The position numbers and the translations under genes are program-made. A stretch of DNA of 64,000 nt from assembly GCF_002365595.1 (NCBI RefSeq), contig NZ_DFAM01000016.1. One strand, 5' to 3'. The stretch comes from Acinetobacter sp. UBA3106 (GTDB lineage Bacteria > Pseudomonadota > Gammaproteobacteria > Pseudomonadales > Moraxellaceae). Positions 36,596 to 45,974 of the stretch are shown one piece after another; within the stretch, counting starts at the first letter, position 1; every line of letters starts with the position of its first letter. The notes below the pieces were generated by a model, which was given only the letters and a program-made list of their open reading frames with translations, made no database searches and was not told where the DNA came from.

Positions 36596-37726
36596 TTAAT
36601 CCGCCTGCTTGATCCCATTTTTATAGGACTGGGTAATTTTATCTGTAACTAATTTTTCTTCTTTTTCAGCCTTTTCAATACCTTCTTGTATATTCTCTTG
36701 AGCTTCCTGTTCATCGGCATCTGTTTGCTCCAGCTCTTCTTGTAGCTGATCGAAAACCCTTCCCGTCTGTAAAACCACATATACTGGAAAATGATCTGAC
36801 CCCATATGAGGTAATCTTTTCATGCGAACCAGGGCAAAGTCGGTACTGTGAAAAACATGATCCAGTGACCAACGCAATAAGGGATAATCGGCATGGAAGG
36901 TATTGACAAAATGCCGCCCCACACGTGGATCGAGCAAACCACTAATCCGCTGAAACAGTCGGGTTGTTCGCGACCAGGCCACATCATTCAGATCCCCCAT
37001 CACAATACAGCTTGCATCCAGGTCCTTGATCTGATCACCTACAATTAACAGCTCGGCATCGCGCAGCGTCGAATCTTTGGCTTCAGTTGGACTAGGCGGT
37101 TTAGGATGTAAACAATAAAGCTGCACCAGTTGACCGGAGCGTAAAATTACCGTGGTATGAATGGAAGGTATCTCATCACTTAAAATAAACTTGACCTCGG
37201 TATCTTTTAACTCTAAACGACTATATAGATGCATGCCGTATAAATTATCCAGAGGTACGGGCACCCGGTAGGGATAATCTTTTTCAATCACCGAAAGTGC
37301 TTTTTGCCACATTCGATCTGATTCCAAAGTTAATACCAAATCAGGTTGATATTTTTGAATCTGCTCAATCAGTAAATGATATTTATTATTTGGCGTCAGT
37401 ACATTGGAGATAATCAAAGAGATTTGCTTATCCGGGTTAAGCTGATGTTTGCGAACATGCTTAACCTGTTTCTTCCATAAAAAAGTATAAGGAAGCACCA
37501 TTTTGAGCTGGTATGCCAGTGCGGCAATCAGGGCAATAACAATAATTTCCCGGCTTAAATTCCACGGCTGATCCCAAACCAGCAGTAAAATTAAAGCAAT
37601 AAATCCCAAAACCAAAATTTGCAAGCGTGGAAAATCAGCACCTCGAATCCACCATTCATCTCGTGGAATTAATGACCAGAATGTCAGCCAAATGACAAAA
37701 ACTGTAACGATTTCCACCCAAATCAT
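36596..37726 (-). CDS. Endonuclease/exonuclease/phosphatase (EEP) family membrane protein
   Basis: N-terminal TM helices, then EEP motifs (LTLESD..., GDLNDVAWS, SDHFPV). Confidence 0.75.
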   Translation of the reverse strand: MIWVEIVTVFVIWLTFWSLIPRDEWWIRGADFPRLQILVLGFIALILLLVWDQPWNLSREIIVIALIAALAYQLKMVLPYTFLWKKQVKHVRKHQLNPDKQISLIISNVLTPNNKYHLLIEQIQKYQPDLVLTLESDRMWQKALSVIEKDYPYRVPVPLDNLYGMHLYSRLELKDTEVKFILSDEIPSIHTTVILRSGQLVQLYCLHPKPPSPTEAKDSTLRDAELLIVGDQIKDLDASCIVMGDLNDVAWSRTTRLFQRISGLLDPRVGRHFVNTFHADYPLLRWSLDHVFHSTDFALVRMKRLPHMGSDHFPVYVVLQTGRVFDQLQEELEQTDADEQEAQENIQEGIEKAEKEEKLVTDKITQSYKNGIKQAD

Positions 37727-37916
37727 AAGCCTCTACTCTTTTTTATCTTTTTTAATTCAATCTGCAGTTAAAAAACTTTATCAATTTTGTATGTAACATA
37801 AACAAGATATTCCGCTCAATAATATTGATGTTTTCATTGTGTAGTACTTGCAGTTGTGGGCACTTTTGATACACTCAAACCCCCTTTTATTTTTTAACGC
37901 ACCGAGGCAAAGTGAC

Positions 37917-39035
37917 ATGAAAGTAGGTCTGGTCGGTTGGCGCGGGATGGTTGGTTCTGTCCTTATGCAACGTATGGTTGAAGAGAATGATTTTGCTCAT
38001 TTTGAGCCATTCTATTTTTCTACCAGTAATGCCGGTGGTGAAGCACCTGCGTTTGGCGGTAAAACCGCCCCAGCACTTATGGATGCATCAGACATTAGCA
38101 GTCTGAAGCAAATGGATGTCATTATTACCTGTCAAGGCGGCGACTATACCTCCGAGATTTTTCCTAAGCTAAAAGCTGAAGGCTGGAATGGTTACTGGAT
38201 TGATGCTGCATCTACCTTACGTATGGCGGATGAAGCGATTATCGTACTTGATCCGGTCAACATGAACGTGATCAAAGATGGCTTGGTGAATGGCACTAAA
38301 ACATTTGTGGGTGGTAACTGCACAGTTTCATTGATGCTGATGGGCTTAGGCGGTCTATTCCAGAACAATCTGGTGGAATGGGCAACCTCAATGACTTATC
38401 AGGCAGCTTCTGGTGCAGGCGCGCAAAACATGCGTGAACTGATCACTGGTATGGGCTACCTGTACAACAACACTAAAGATTTGTTAGACGACCCACGCTC
38501 TCCTATTTTAGACATTGATTCTAAAATTGCTCAATTACAGCGCGGTGAAGGCTTCCCTTCAGCCAACTTTGGTGTGCCTTTAGCAGGTTCACTCATTCCT
38601 TATATCGACAAACAGCTGGAAAGCGGTCAGTCTAAAGAAGAATGGAAAGGCCAGGTTGAAACCAACAAGATCCTCGGTAACCAACAAATTGTTCCTATTG
38701 ATGGTCACTGTGTGCGTATTGGGGCAATGCGTTGTCACTCACAAGCATTGACCTTGAAACTTCGTAAAGATGTTCCATTAGATGAAATCGAAGATATCAT
38801 CGCCAATGCAAATGACTGGTCTAAAGTGGTACCTAATACACGTGAAGCATCAATGACTGATCTTACACCTGTAGCAGTAACAGGTACCCTGTCTGTTCCA
38901 GTCGGCCGTTTACGTAAACTGAACATGGGTAAAGAATACTTGGGCGCGTTCACTGTCGGTGACCAGTTGCTTTGGGGTGCTGCGGAACCTTTACGTCGTA
39001 TGCTACGTATCCTGATTGATTACAAAAATACTTAA
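37917..39035 (+). CDS. asd: Aspartate-semialdehyde dehydrogenase
   Basis: [20 protein letters not shown]..., GGNCTVS active site and QAASGAG. The start at 37917 has a GAGG upstream. Confidence 0.95.
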   Translation: MKVGLVGWRGMVGSVLMQRMVEENDFAHFEPFYFSTSNAGGEAPAFGGKTAPALMDASDISSLKQMDVIITCQGGDYTSEIFPKLKAEGWNGYWIDAASTLRMADEAIIVLDPVNMNVIKDGLVNGTKTFVGGNCTVSLMLMGLGGLFQNNLVEWATSMTYQAASGAGAQNMRELITGMGYLYNNTKDLLDDPRSPILDIDSKIAQLQRGEGFPSANFGVPLAGSLIPYIDKQLESGQSKEEWKGQVETNKILGNQQIVPIDGHCVRIGAMRCHSQALTLKLRKDVPLDEIEDIIANANDWSKVVPNTREASMTDLTPVAVTGTLSVPVGRLRKLNMGKEYLGAFTVGDQLLWGAAEPLRRMLRILIDYKNT

Positions 39036-39056
39036 TGGCTCATTGAAAGAAAAAAA

Positions 39057-39088
39057 TAAAAGTCGGTCATAATTGATCGGCTTTTTTT
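39057..39088 (+). terminator. Rho-independent terminator of asd
   Basis: aaagtcggtca-taat-tgatcggcttttttt (two G.U pairs). Confidence 0.7.
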
Positions 39089-39182
39089 ATGTATCCTTTA
39101 TGTTAAATGTTTTACAATTATTCAACACCTCGCTAATCTATAACTTTCGCAATGCGATAAAAAAACCGAGCTAAAGATTAAG

Positions 39183-40622
39183 ATGACCGTATATAACAAA
39201 TTAAAGATAGCCATTTTAGCCATTATTGCTTCGCAGAATATTCATGCGATTACTATTGATCCTATTCAAGTTCAATCTGCGGCAGGTGAACTCTTATATG
39301 CGGAAATGAATTTTCGCAATGCTGATCCTCAGGCACAAATCCAGGCCAGCCTGGCGGATGTCGAAGATATCGCAACTTTAGGCGTTGTCTATCAACCTCC
39401 CGGACATCTTAATTTTTTTACCCGTCGCGATAGCTCGGGCAATGGTGTGATTACCATTACTTCTTCACGCCCCTTAACTGAATCTGAACTGAACATTATT
39501 ATTAAAATTCAGGAAGGTAATGCCACCCGTTTACAGCATATCAAAACACCTTTGCAACGCAGCCAGGTAAAGGCACAGGCACGGGTTTCAGGTAATGAAA
39601 AACCGTTAACGCCTATCACGATTGTCAGTGAAAAAGATATCGCCTTACAACTGCCTGAAAGCACGCAATATCGGATTGAAAAACCACAAACGGCATTACA
39701 GACCTCATTTGAAGCGCCATTAAAGCTCAATAAAGCGGCCCCACCGAGTTTAAATAATAACTCTACTGCACCTGTGGTCATTTCAGCAATGGTGATCCCA
39801 TCTGCGCAGCCGGCCCCCCTTCCCCAAAATGCTCCAGCTGACCCAAAGAGTGCAATACCGGCACAAATTGCCACAAAAAATGAAGTAAGAATTCCAAACA
39901 ATTCAAATAGCTCTACCTCATCAGACCCTTTAGTCAGACAATATGCAGCATCGGCACAACAAACACTGGCTAAACCGAAGGTGGTAGCAGAACCCGTAGC
40001 AGCAGCTGCGCCAAAAACCAGACCAGAAACGGCGCCTACCCCCTCGCCTCAGCCTGCAGTTACAGCTCAGACCAGTACGCATGTAGTGAAATCTAATGAA
40101 TCACTCTGGGCAATTGCATCACGTGTGGCTACTGAACAAAATCGTCCAATTGGCGAAGTCATGAAACAAATCAAGGCCAATAATGAACATGCCTTCATTC
40201 AAGGGGACGTGAATCGTTTACGCCGTGGAGCTGCCCTGAATTTAAATACTGCCGGCGCCGCTAAGGAAGAGCAGAAAGCAAAAGTTGCCCATTTAGCCCA
40301 AGCGCCAGCCAAACATTCCAATCAGTCAGCTAAGGCCAAATACCGCTTGAATCAGGCTGAAATGAGCCTGGTTGCAGAGAAAGAACAAGATTCAGCCAGC
40401 GGTTCTGCTAAAAAGAACACGAAAAAAAATCAAACTTCAAACGAGTTGTCATTAAAAGTTATGACATCGCGTAAAAAAACCGTTAAATTACAGAGAAACG
40501 TAACACAGTTAGATTTGGCATTGCGTCAAAAGGATCACAGAATTCAATTATTAAATACTCGTCTTGCTCAACTGCAACAGCAATTGAAAGCACAACAAGT
40601 ACAGAAAAAGCCAACACACTAA
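39183..40622 (+). CDS. fimV: FimV/HubP-like protein, periplasmic half (signal peptide, FimV N-domain, LysM, coiled coil)
   Basis: Signal peptide ...ASQNIHA. LysM-like HVVKSNESLWAIASRV...GDVNRLRRGAALNL. The asd-fimV-truA neighbourhood matches Pseudomonas. Confidence 0.7.
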   Translation: MTVYNKLKIAILAIIASQNIHAITIDPIQVQSAAGELLYAEMNFRNADPQAQIQASLADVEDIATLGVVYQPPGHLNFFTRRDSSGNGVITITSSRPLTESELNIIIKIQEGNATRLQHIKTPLQRSQVKAQARVSGNEKPLTPITIVSEKDIALQLPESTQYRIEKPQTALQTSFEAPLKLNKAAPPSLNNNSTAPVVISAMVIPSAQPAPLPQNAPADPKSAIPAQIATKNEVRIPNNSNSSTSSDPLVRQYAASAQQTLAKPKVVAEPVAAAAPKTRPETAPTPSPQPAVTAQTSTHVVKSNESLWAIASRVATEQNRPIGEVMKQIKANNEHAFIQGDVNRLRRGAALNLNTAGAAKEEQKAKVAHLAQAPAKHSNQSAKAKYRLNQAEMSLVAEKEQDSASGSAKKNTKKNQTSNELSLKVMTSRKKTVKLQRNVTQLDLALRQKDHRIQLLNTRLAQLQQQLKAQQVQKKPTH

Positions 40623-40692
40623 GGTGTTATACAATTTGATTTTTTAGGATAGGGTTCATTGATAACAACTCAATCCTGTAAGGGGTAACAAC

Positions 40693-41994
40693 ATGCTGCT
40701 TTATGTGATTCCGTTTATATTGTTATTAGTGATCGCAATTGTATTTAAAAAGCGCGAAGCAAGTAAACAAGCAGAACAAACATCGAAGGCGAAAACCAAA
40801 AAAGCCACTTCAACCAAAAAGTCACCACAGAAAACTCAAATTGTGGAAAATTCGGTTGTTACGAAGAAAAAAACCACCCCTTTAGCTACCGATGTACGTA
40901 ATAAAATTGAAGGGCTGATTCGCGAGAATAATTTTTTCTCAGCTGAGGCACAGATTAATCAGGCTTTAAATAAAGACAATTCACAGCATGAGTTGTATTT
41001 ACTATTGCTGGATATTCATATCTTGCAGAAAGATGAATTTGCAATCAGCCAGCTCATTAATCATCTACGTTCATTAGAACTGGACGATTTTCTAGAACAG
41101 GCCTTGGCTAAAAAAGAAGCCCATGAAAAACAAACGGGAAGCTCTAGAGATAGCATTGATTTCAAACCTGAATCATTTATCGCTCCCGCGGCTGAACCGG
41201 TGGTTGCTGAAAGCAAGAAGAATACGGCAGATTTTGATGCTTTAATGAATGATGCTGCTGCAACAAATGATCTTGCTTTTGATCAGTTACAGCAAAATCA
41301 GCTGGCTCCGCAAACTGCAGTTGTTGACGAAATTAAACCGCTTGATTTCAGCAGCCTTTCACTGGATTCAACGGCAGAAGTAGCAACCGCACCCGTTCAA
41401 GAAATCAAGCCTTTAGATTTTAATACCCTTAATCTTGATCCTGCACCTATAACAGAAACTAAGCCAGAAGCTGCCCCAGTTCAGGAAATTCAGCCTTTAG
41501 ATTTCTCATTCAGTTTAGACACTGTAACAAATCAACAAGCAGAAACTGAGAAAGCTGCAAGTATTGAACCTGTTGTAGCAGAAAGACCTGAGTTTAATTT
41601 TGACTTTTCCGTTGCAGAAACTCCAGCAGCCGAAGCAAAAGTTGCAGTTGAACAGACTATCCCAAGCTTAGACCTAGACTTTAATTTAGAGCCAGCGACT
41701 ACAATTGAAGAGCCAACTGTTGAAGTAGCTCCAGCGAAAGCGTCAGGTGTAAGTTTTGATATTAGCAATATCAGCTCATCTGCAGCCAAAGCAGATAAAA
41801 ATGATCCATTGGTTCAATCATTTCCGGAACTGATGGAAGTGGATGAAATTAACCTGAATCTGGAACTGGCACAGCAATATATCCAACTCGGTGCTTATGA
41901 ATCAGCACGTGAATTATTGGCAGAGCAAGAGGCTAGCTATACCTCTGACCAGCGCCAACAAGCGGATCTTTTACGCAATCAAATAGCATCTTAA
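40693..41994 (+). CDS. FimV-like protein, membrane-anchored cytoplasmic half (acidic repeats and FimV C-terminal TPR-like motif)
   Basis: N-terminal TM LLYVIPFILLLVIAIVF. Repeats are EIKPLDFSSLSLD, EIKPLDFNTLNLD and EIQPLDFSFSLD. The C-terminus is NLNLELAQQYIQLGAYESARELL. It has its own SD (AAGGGG). Confidence 0.65.
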   Translation: MLLYVIPFILLLVIAIVFKKREASKQAEQTSKAKTKKATSTKKSPQKTQIVENSVVTKKKTTPLATDVRNKIEGLIRENNFFSAEAQINQALNKDNSQHELYLLLLDIHILQKDEFAISQLINHLRSLELDDFLEQALAKKEAHEKQTGSSRDSIDFKPESFIAPAAEPVVAESKKNTADFDALMNDAAATNDLAFDQLQQNQLAPQTAVVDEIKPLDFSSLSLDSTAEVATAPVQEIKPLDFNTLNLDPAPITETKPEAAPVQEIQPLDFSFSLDTVTNQQAETEKAASIEPVVAERPEFNFDFSVAETPAAEAKVAVEQTIPSLDLDFNLEPATTIEEPTVEVAPAKASGVSFDISNISSSAAKADKNDPLVQSFPELMEVDEINLNLELAQQYIQLGAYESARELLAEQEASYTSDQRQQADLLRNQIAS

Positions 41995-42012
41995 GCGATT
42001 TCGATCTACTAT

Positions 42013-42040
42013 AAAGCAGTCATCCTTGGCTGCTTTTTTT
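42013..42040 (+). terminator. Terminator-like hairpin and T7 run ending exactly at the next start codon
   Basis: aaagcagtc-atcctt-ggctgcttttttt. The ATG of the next ORF is at 42041. Confidence 0.55.
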
Positions 42041-43015
42041 ATGATGAAAAAAATAGCGTTAATTTATATGGGCGGTACATTTGGCTGTATTGGTGATCCA
42101 CTCAGCCCGATGCCAGCTGAACAATTTATTCCGAAACTGCAACATATTCTCCCCCTAGATCAGCAGATCGAATGTTTTGTTGCACCAGTTATTCAAGACA
42201 GTAGCGCCTGCACAGCCACAGACTGGCTGAAACTGGTTCAGTATATTCAACAGCTTCAGCTACAGCAGTTTCAGCATTTTGTCATTATTCATGGCACCGA
42301 TACCCTAAGTTATGCCAGTGCCGTGCTGTCACGCTTTTTAGGTCAATCTGCGCATGTGGTGATGACCGGTAGCCAGTATCCCCTGTTAAATGCTGCGGGA
42401 GACAATAGCCGTGAATTTACCGATGCTATTGATAATTTAAACTTTGCTCTGGACTGCGTGATTAAATATCCGGTTGGGGTCTATTTGGCCTTTCATCATC
42501 AATTGATTCATGCCCAGACAGCGTTAAAAATCCATACCACAGAACTGGATGCCTTTGGCGGTATCAATGCAGCACAGCCAATCGCTCTCTCCAGCCAGCA
42601 TCAGCATATTGTGCATGAGGATGATATCAACAAGGCGGCAACCTTCAACTGTTTAAGTCTGATGATGCAGCCGCTGGATTTGGCTCAGCAAGTGGCAAAT
42701 TTGCAAACCATTTGCCAAGCACCGCCAAATTGCCTGATCCTGCAAGGGTTCGGTAGCGGTAATCTGGCAGTAAATAGCGCCTTCATTAACTGGCTTCAAA
42801 AACTGCAACAAGCAGGCTGTGTCGTCATTCTTACCACTCAAGTTCCTTTTGGTGGCATCAATCAACGTTATGCGATTAGTCAGTGGATACAACAAGCCAA
42901 TATCATCCTGAATGATTGTCTAGGACATGCAGATCTTTATGCAAAAGCACTGAAAATGTATTTACAATACGACACTGTAGACCAATGGCAGTCACATTGG
43001 CATGATCACGTGTAA
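42041..43015 (+). CDS. L-asparaginase-family protein (type I-like)
   Basis: MMKKIALIYMGGTFGC (catalytic Thr context GGT) and HGTDTL. The start is uncertain (ATG 42041, or the upstream start at 42026 used by the ORF track) and there is no obvious SD. Confidence 0.75.
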   Translation: MMKKIALIYMGGTFGCIGDPLSPMPAEQFIPKLQHILPLDQQIECFVAPVIQDSSACTATDWLKLVQYIQQLQLQQFQHFVIIHGTDTLSYASAVLSRFLGQSAHVVMTGSQYPLLNAAGDNSREFTDAIDNLNFALDCVIKYPVGVYLAFHHQLIHAQTALKIHTTELDAFGGINAAQPIALSSQHQHIVHEDDINKAATFNCLSLMMQPLDLAQQVANLQTICQAPPNCLILQGFGSGNLAVNSAFINWLQKLQQAGCVVILTTQVPFGGINQRYAISQWIQQANIILNDCLGHADLYAKALKMYLQYDTVDQWQSHWHDHV

Positions 43016-43027
43016 TTTGAGGTAAAT

Positions 43028-43825
43028 ATGCAACGTTTTGCAGTCGGTATTGAGTTTTGTGGCATTCGATATAGAGGTTGGCAAACTCAACAACCTGGCG
43101 TACCAAGCGTGCAGGAAACCATTGAAAAAGTGCTCAGTAAAATTGCCGATGAACCGATTATTTTGCACGGTGCCGGCCGTACCGATGCCGGTGTCCATGC
43201 CACCAATATGGTTGCCCATTTTGATACCCATGCCATTCGCCCGATTCGTGGCTGGCTGATGGGGGCAAACAGTCAACTTCCTAAAGATATCGCCTTCCAG
43301 TGGATCAAGGAAATGGATCACGATTTCCATGCCCGTTTTAAAGCTCAGGCGCGTCGCTATCGCTATGTGGTCTACAACAACCCGCAGCGCCCTGCACTTC
43401 TCCATAAACAGGTTACCCATGCCTACTATCCACTGGATGTAGAGAAGATGATTGCAGCGGCGAAAAAATTTGAAGGCACACATAATTTTGAAAGCTTCCG
43501 TGCTGCAGCCTGCCAGTCCAATCAACCAGTTCGTCATGTCAAACATTGTCGCCTGATTCAGCATGGTTGTTATCTGGTGTTAGATATTCAAGCAGATGGC
43601 TTCCTGCATCACATGGTACGCAACATCATGGGCTGTTTACTGGAAATTGGTCAGGGCATGTATGAGGTTGACCATATTGACAATATTTTTGCCGCTGAAG
43701 ACCGTAAAGCAGCAGGCATCACTGCCCCACCGGATGGCTTGTATTTCATCCATGCCGATTATCCGGAGCAATTTGAGCTGCCTAAAATGCCATTAGGCCC
43801 GCACTGGCTCAATATGCCTGAATAA
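43028..43825 (+). CDS. truA: tRNA pseudouridine(38-40) synthase
   Basis: GAGRTDAGVHA catalytic Asp motif. 265 aa. Confidence 0.95.
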   Translation: MQRFAVGIEFCGIRYRGWQTQQPGVPSVQETIEKVLSKIADEPIILHGAGRTDAGVHATNMVAHFDTHAIRPIRGWLMGANSQLPKDIAFQWIKEMDHDFHARFKAQARRYRYVVYNNPQRPALLHKQVTHAYYPLDVEKMIAAAKKFEGTHNFESFRAAACQSNQPVRHVKHCRLIQHGCYLVLDIQADGFLHHMVRNIMGCLLEIGQGMYEVDHIDNIFAAEDRKAAGITAPPDGLYFIHADYPEQFELPKMPLGPHWLNMPE

Positions 43826-43844
43826 CTTATTTTAATGATATTTA

Positions 43845-43915
43845 CCTCCCCCTCACCCCTTCTTAACGGAGGGGGAAAGTTCCTCCCTTTTTCAAAGGGA
43901 GGCTAGGAGGGATCT
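43845..43915. repeat. REP-like palindrome pair between convergent truA and the AraC gene
   Basis: tccccctc-(14 nt)-gaggggga spans 43847-43876. cctccctttttcaaagggagg spans 43882-43902, with tail ctaggagggat. It is near-identical in design to 696-727. Confidence 0.75.
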
Positions 43916-43916
43916 T

Positions 43917-44924
43917 TTAACGCTGCTTCCTTTTTCTATATTCCACTGGCGTCTCATTGGTCCAGCGCTTAAAAGCACGGTAAAACGTACTCGGCTCGGA
44001 AAACCCAGTGAGGTACACAATCCGCTCAACACTTTCCGCAGTATTGGCCAATAATTTCTTTGCCAAACGACAGCGATAGTCGGACAGAATTTGCTGAAAA
44101 CTGGTATTGGCTTCACTCAGCTGGGTACGTAAACGGCGCGGCGTGATATTCAAATGCGTGGCTACAGTTTCCAAAGTGGTTTCACCACTTTCTAAAGTCG
44201 AACCAATCGCGCGGCGCACTTCACCAACCAGATCATAACGCGCTAGCTCTTGCAGCTTTTCAATCGCTAATTGCTCATGCAATTGCAGCAATTCAGGTTC
44301 AGCCTGCCATAACTGATAATCTAAAATCGCGGGATCGAAATATAAACGGGTTTCTTTTTGCCCTAAGCTGACCGGACACTCATAGACACGGAAATATTCA
44401 TCATCAGGTGCGCCCTGACTAAAGTTAAAATCGATATAGATCGGCTGAAAACGACCTTCAGTAATAAATTTAAAGAAACGTAATACGCCTGATAATGCAC
44501 ATTCCGAAAAATGCCGATTGACGATATTTTCACCCCAAGGCTGCTCACCATTGGTTAAATAGCAGCGATCATCTTCAATCACCAGTTTGGCATGAAAGGC
44601 ATCACTGATCAGGCGCTGATAGGCCAGTGCACGCTTTAGCCCTTCCCCAAAATTTTCACTGGAAATGAACAGGTGTTCGATCACCTGACCACGGTATAAA
44701 GGCAGGTGCTCACCCAAATGCAAACCAATATCGGGATCCTTACTGACCTCTTCCGCAGCCACCCAAAACGCATATTGAGCACTGAGCGGGGTACGATCAT
44801 TGGTTTCGACCTGATTTAAGGCCACACCAGCTTTCATTAAAATTTCTTCAGTTGGCAAACCTGCACGACGAATGGCTTGATAACCCAATCGTAAAACAAC
44901 TGATGCATCAGTTAGCTGACCCAC
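43917..44924 (-). CDS. AraC-family transcriptional regulator
   Basis: 335 aa. The C-terminal double HTH (VERIVYLTGFSEPSTFYRAFKRWT) follows an AraC-type ligand-binding domain. Confidence 0.8.
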   Translation of the reverse strand: MGQLTDASVVLRLGYQAIRRAGLPTEEILMKAGVALNQVETNDRTPLSAQYAFWVAAEEVSKDPDIGLHLGEHLPLYRGQVIEHLFISSENFGEGLKRALAYQRLISDAFHAKLVIEDDRCYLTNGEQPWGENIVNRHFSECALSGVLRFFKFITEGRFQPIYIDFNFSQGAPDDEYFRVYECPVSLGQKETRLYFDPAILDYQLWQAEPELLQLHEQLAIEKLQELARYDLVGEVRRAIGSTLESGETTLETVATHLNITPRRLRTQLSEANTSFQQILSDYRCRLAKKLLANTAESVERIVYLTGFSEPSTFYRAFKRWTNETPVEYRKRKQR

Positions 44925-45092
44925 GCAAAGACCTTCCTTGTATGTTCTTCATTTATACTTAAAAAGATTGATTTTAGATTAACTGCGATTGACCAAACTG
45001 ACAACAGAACAATGCGCTTTTTTACAGAAAATCTTTATACGGAGAGTTCGCTTATTTAACTGACAGATGAACCAGCAAAGCCGCATTGTGCC

Positions 45093-45121
45093 TTGTTTTA
45101 TGCAAAAAAATTGACTATAAT
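45093..45121 (+). promoter_or_regulatory. Candidate sigma-70 promoter of infA
   Basis: TTGTTT (45093-45098), a 17-nt spacer, then TATAAT (45116-45121), 34 nt upstream of the infA ATG. Confidence 0.45.
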
Positions 45122-45155
45122 TTGCGCCTTTCCAATTTATTCATTCAGGTAGGCT

Positions 45156-45377
45156 ATGGCCAATAAAGAGGAACTCATCGAGTTCGAAGGCGTTGTCACC
45201 GAGACGCTTCCTAATACTATGTTCCGTGTACGTTTAGAGAACGGTCACGAAGTGATTGCCCACATCTCTGGTAAAATGCGTAAACACTATATTCGTATTT
45301 TGACTGGCGACAGTGTGAAAGTAGAAATGACCCCTTATGATTTGACCAAGGGTCGTATTACTTATCGTGCACGCTAA
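45156..45377 (+). CDS. infA: Translation initiation factor IF-1
   Basis: [49 protein letters not shown]... is near-identical to bacterial IF-1. Confidence 0.97.
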   Translation: MANKEELIEFEGVVTETLPNTMFRVRLENGHEVIAHISGKMRKHYIRILTGDSVKVEMTPYDLTKGRITYRAR

Positions 45378-45391
45378 GTTTTAGCGTAAGC

Positions 45392-45418
45392 AAAAGCCAC
45401 TTAAACAGTGGCTTTTTT
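45392..45418 (+). terminator. Rho-independent terminator of infA
   Basis: aaaagccac-ttaaaca-gtggctttttt. Confidence 0.8.
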
Positions 45419-45511
45419 ATTGGGTTTATACTTACTGACCGTGTATCAAATCACAACGTTCATTCAAATTTCTCTGTTTAAAATAAGGTTTTATGCAACA
45501 GAGAAAAGGTC

Positions 45512-45913
45512 ATGTCATTTCTTCATTCTCTCGGTCTTTTTGCAATTCTGGGCTTGTTGTATGGCTGTACCACATCCCCCCTAACCAGCGCACAACAACG
45601 TGATGCCTATTTACAGCAATTCATCGGGCAAACCAGTCAAAACATTCAAGCTAAACTCGATTTGAACAGCATAGGTTACCAGCAGGTGTTGGCGCCTGTT
45701 GCAAATCAACAGACACTCACTTATACAGTGATGCGTCCTGTCACCATTCCGGTACCGATGGCACAGAATCCTGCCGATATCGATGCTGGCAATATTCCCA
45801 TACCCGTGACACCTCGAGCCCAAAGTTATGATGTCGATTTGCAATGTAAAATTATCTATCGTTTAGAAAACAACATAGCTAAATCGGTTTATTACACGGG
45901 TCGTACCTGTTAA
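45512..45913 (+). CDS. Hypothetical lipoprotein (133 aa)
   Basis: Signal peptide with lipobox LLYGC. No recognisable domain. Confidence 0.55.
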   Translation: MSFLHSLGLFAILGLLYGCTTSPLTSAQQRDAYLQQFIGQTSQNIQAKLDLNSIGYQQVLAPVANQQTLTYTVMRPVTIPVPMAQNPADIDAGNIPIPVTPRAQSYDVDLQCKIIYRLENNIAKSVYYTGRTC

Positions 45914-45931
45914 AGCCTTGTGAAAAGCAAT

Positions 45932-45960
45932 AAAAAAACGCAGCTCAAGGCTGCGTTTTT
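45932..45960. terminator. Bidirectional terminator (lipoprotein gene / leuB)
   Basis: aaaaaaacgcagc-tcaag-gctgcgttttt. Confidence 0.85.
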
Positions 45961-45974
45961 ACGATTTAGTGAAA

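Noticed and set aside
39509-39901. 130-aa minus-strand ORF inside the fimV N-terminal gene
   Set aside because: It is antisense to a low-complexity Ala/Pro-rich coding region, and such regions commonly leave the opposite frame open.
42992-43564. 190-aa minus-strand ORF overlapping truA
   Set aside because: It is antisense to truA, which carries the catalytic GRTDAGVHA motif. The antisense translation has no recognisable features.
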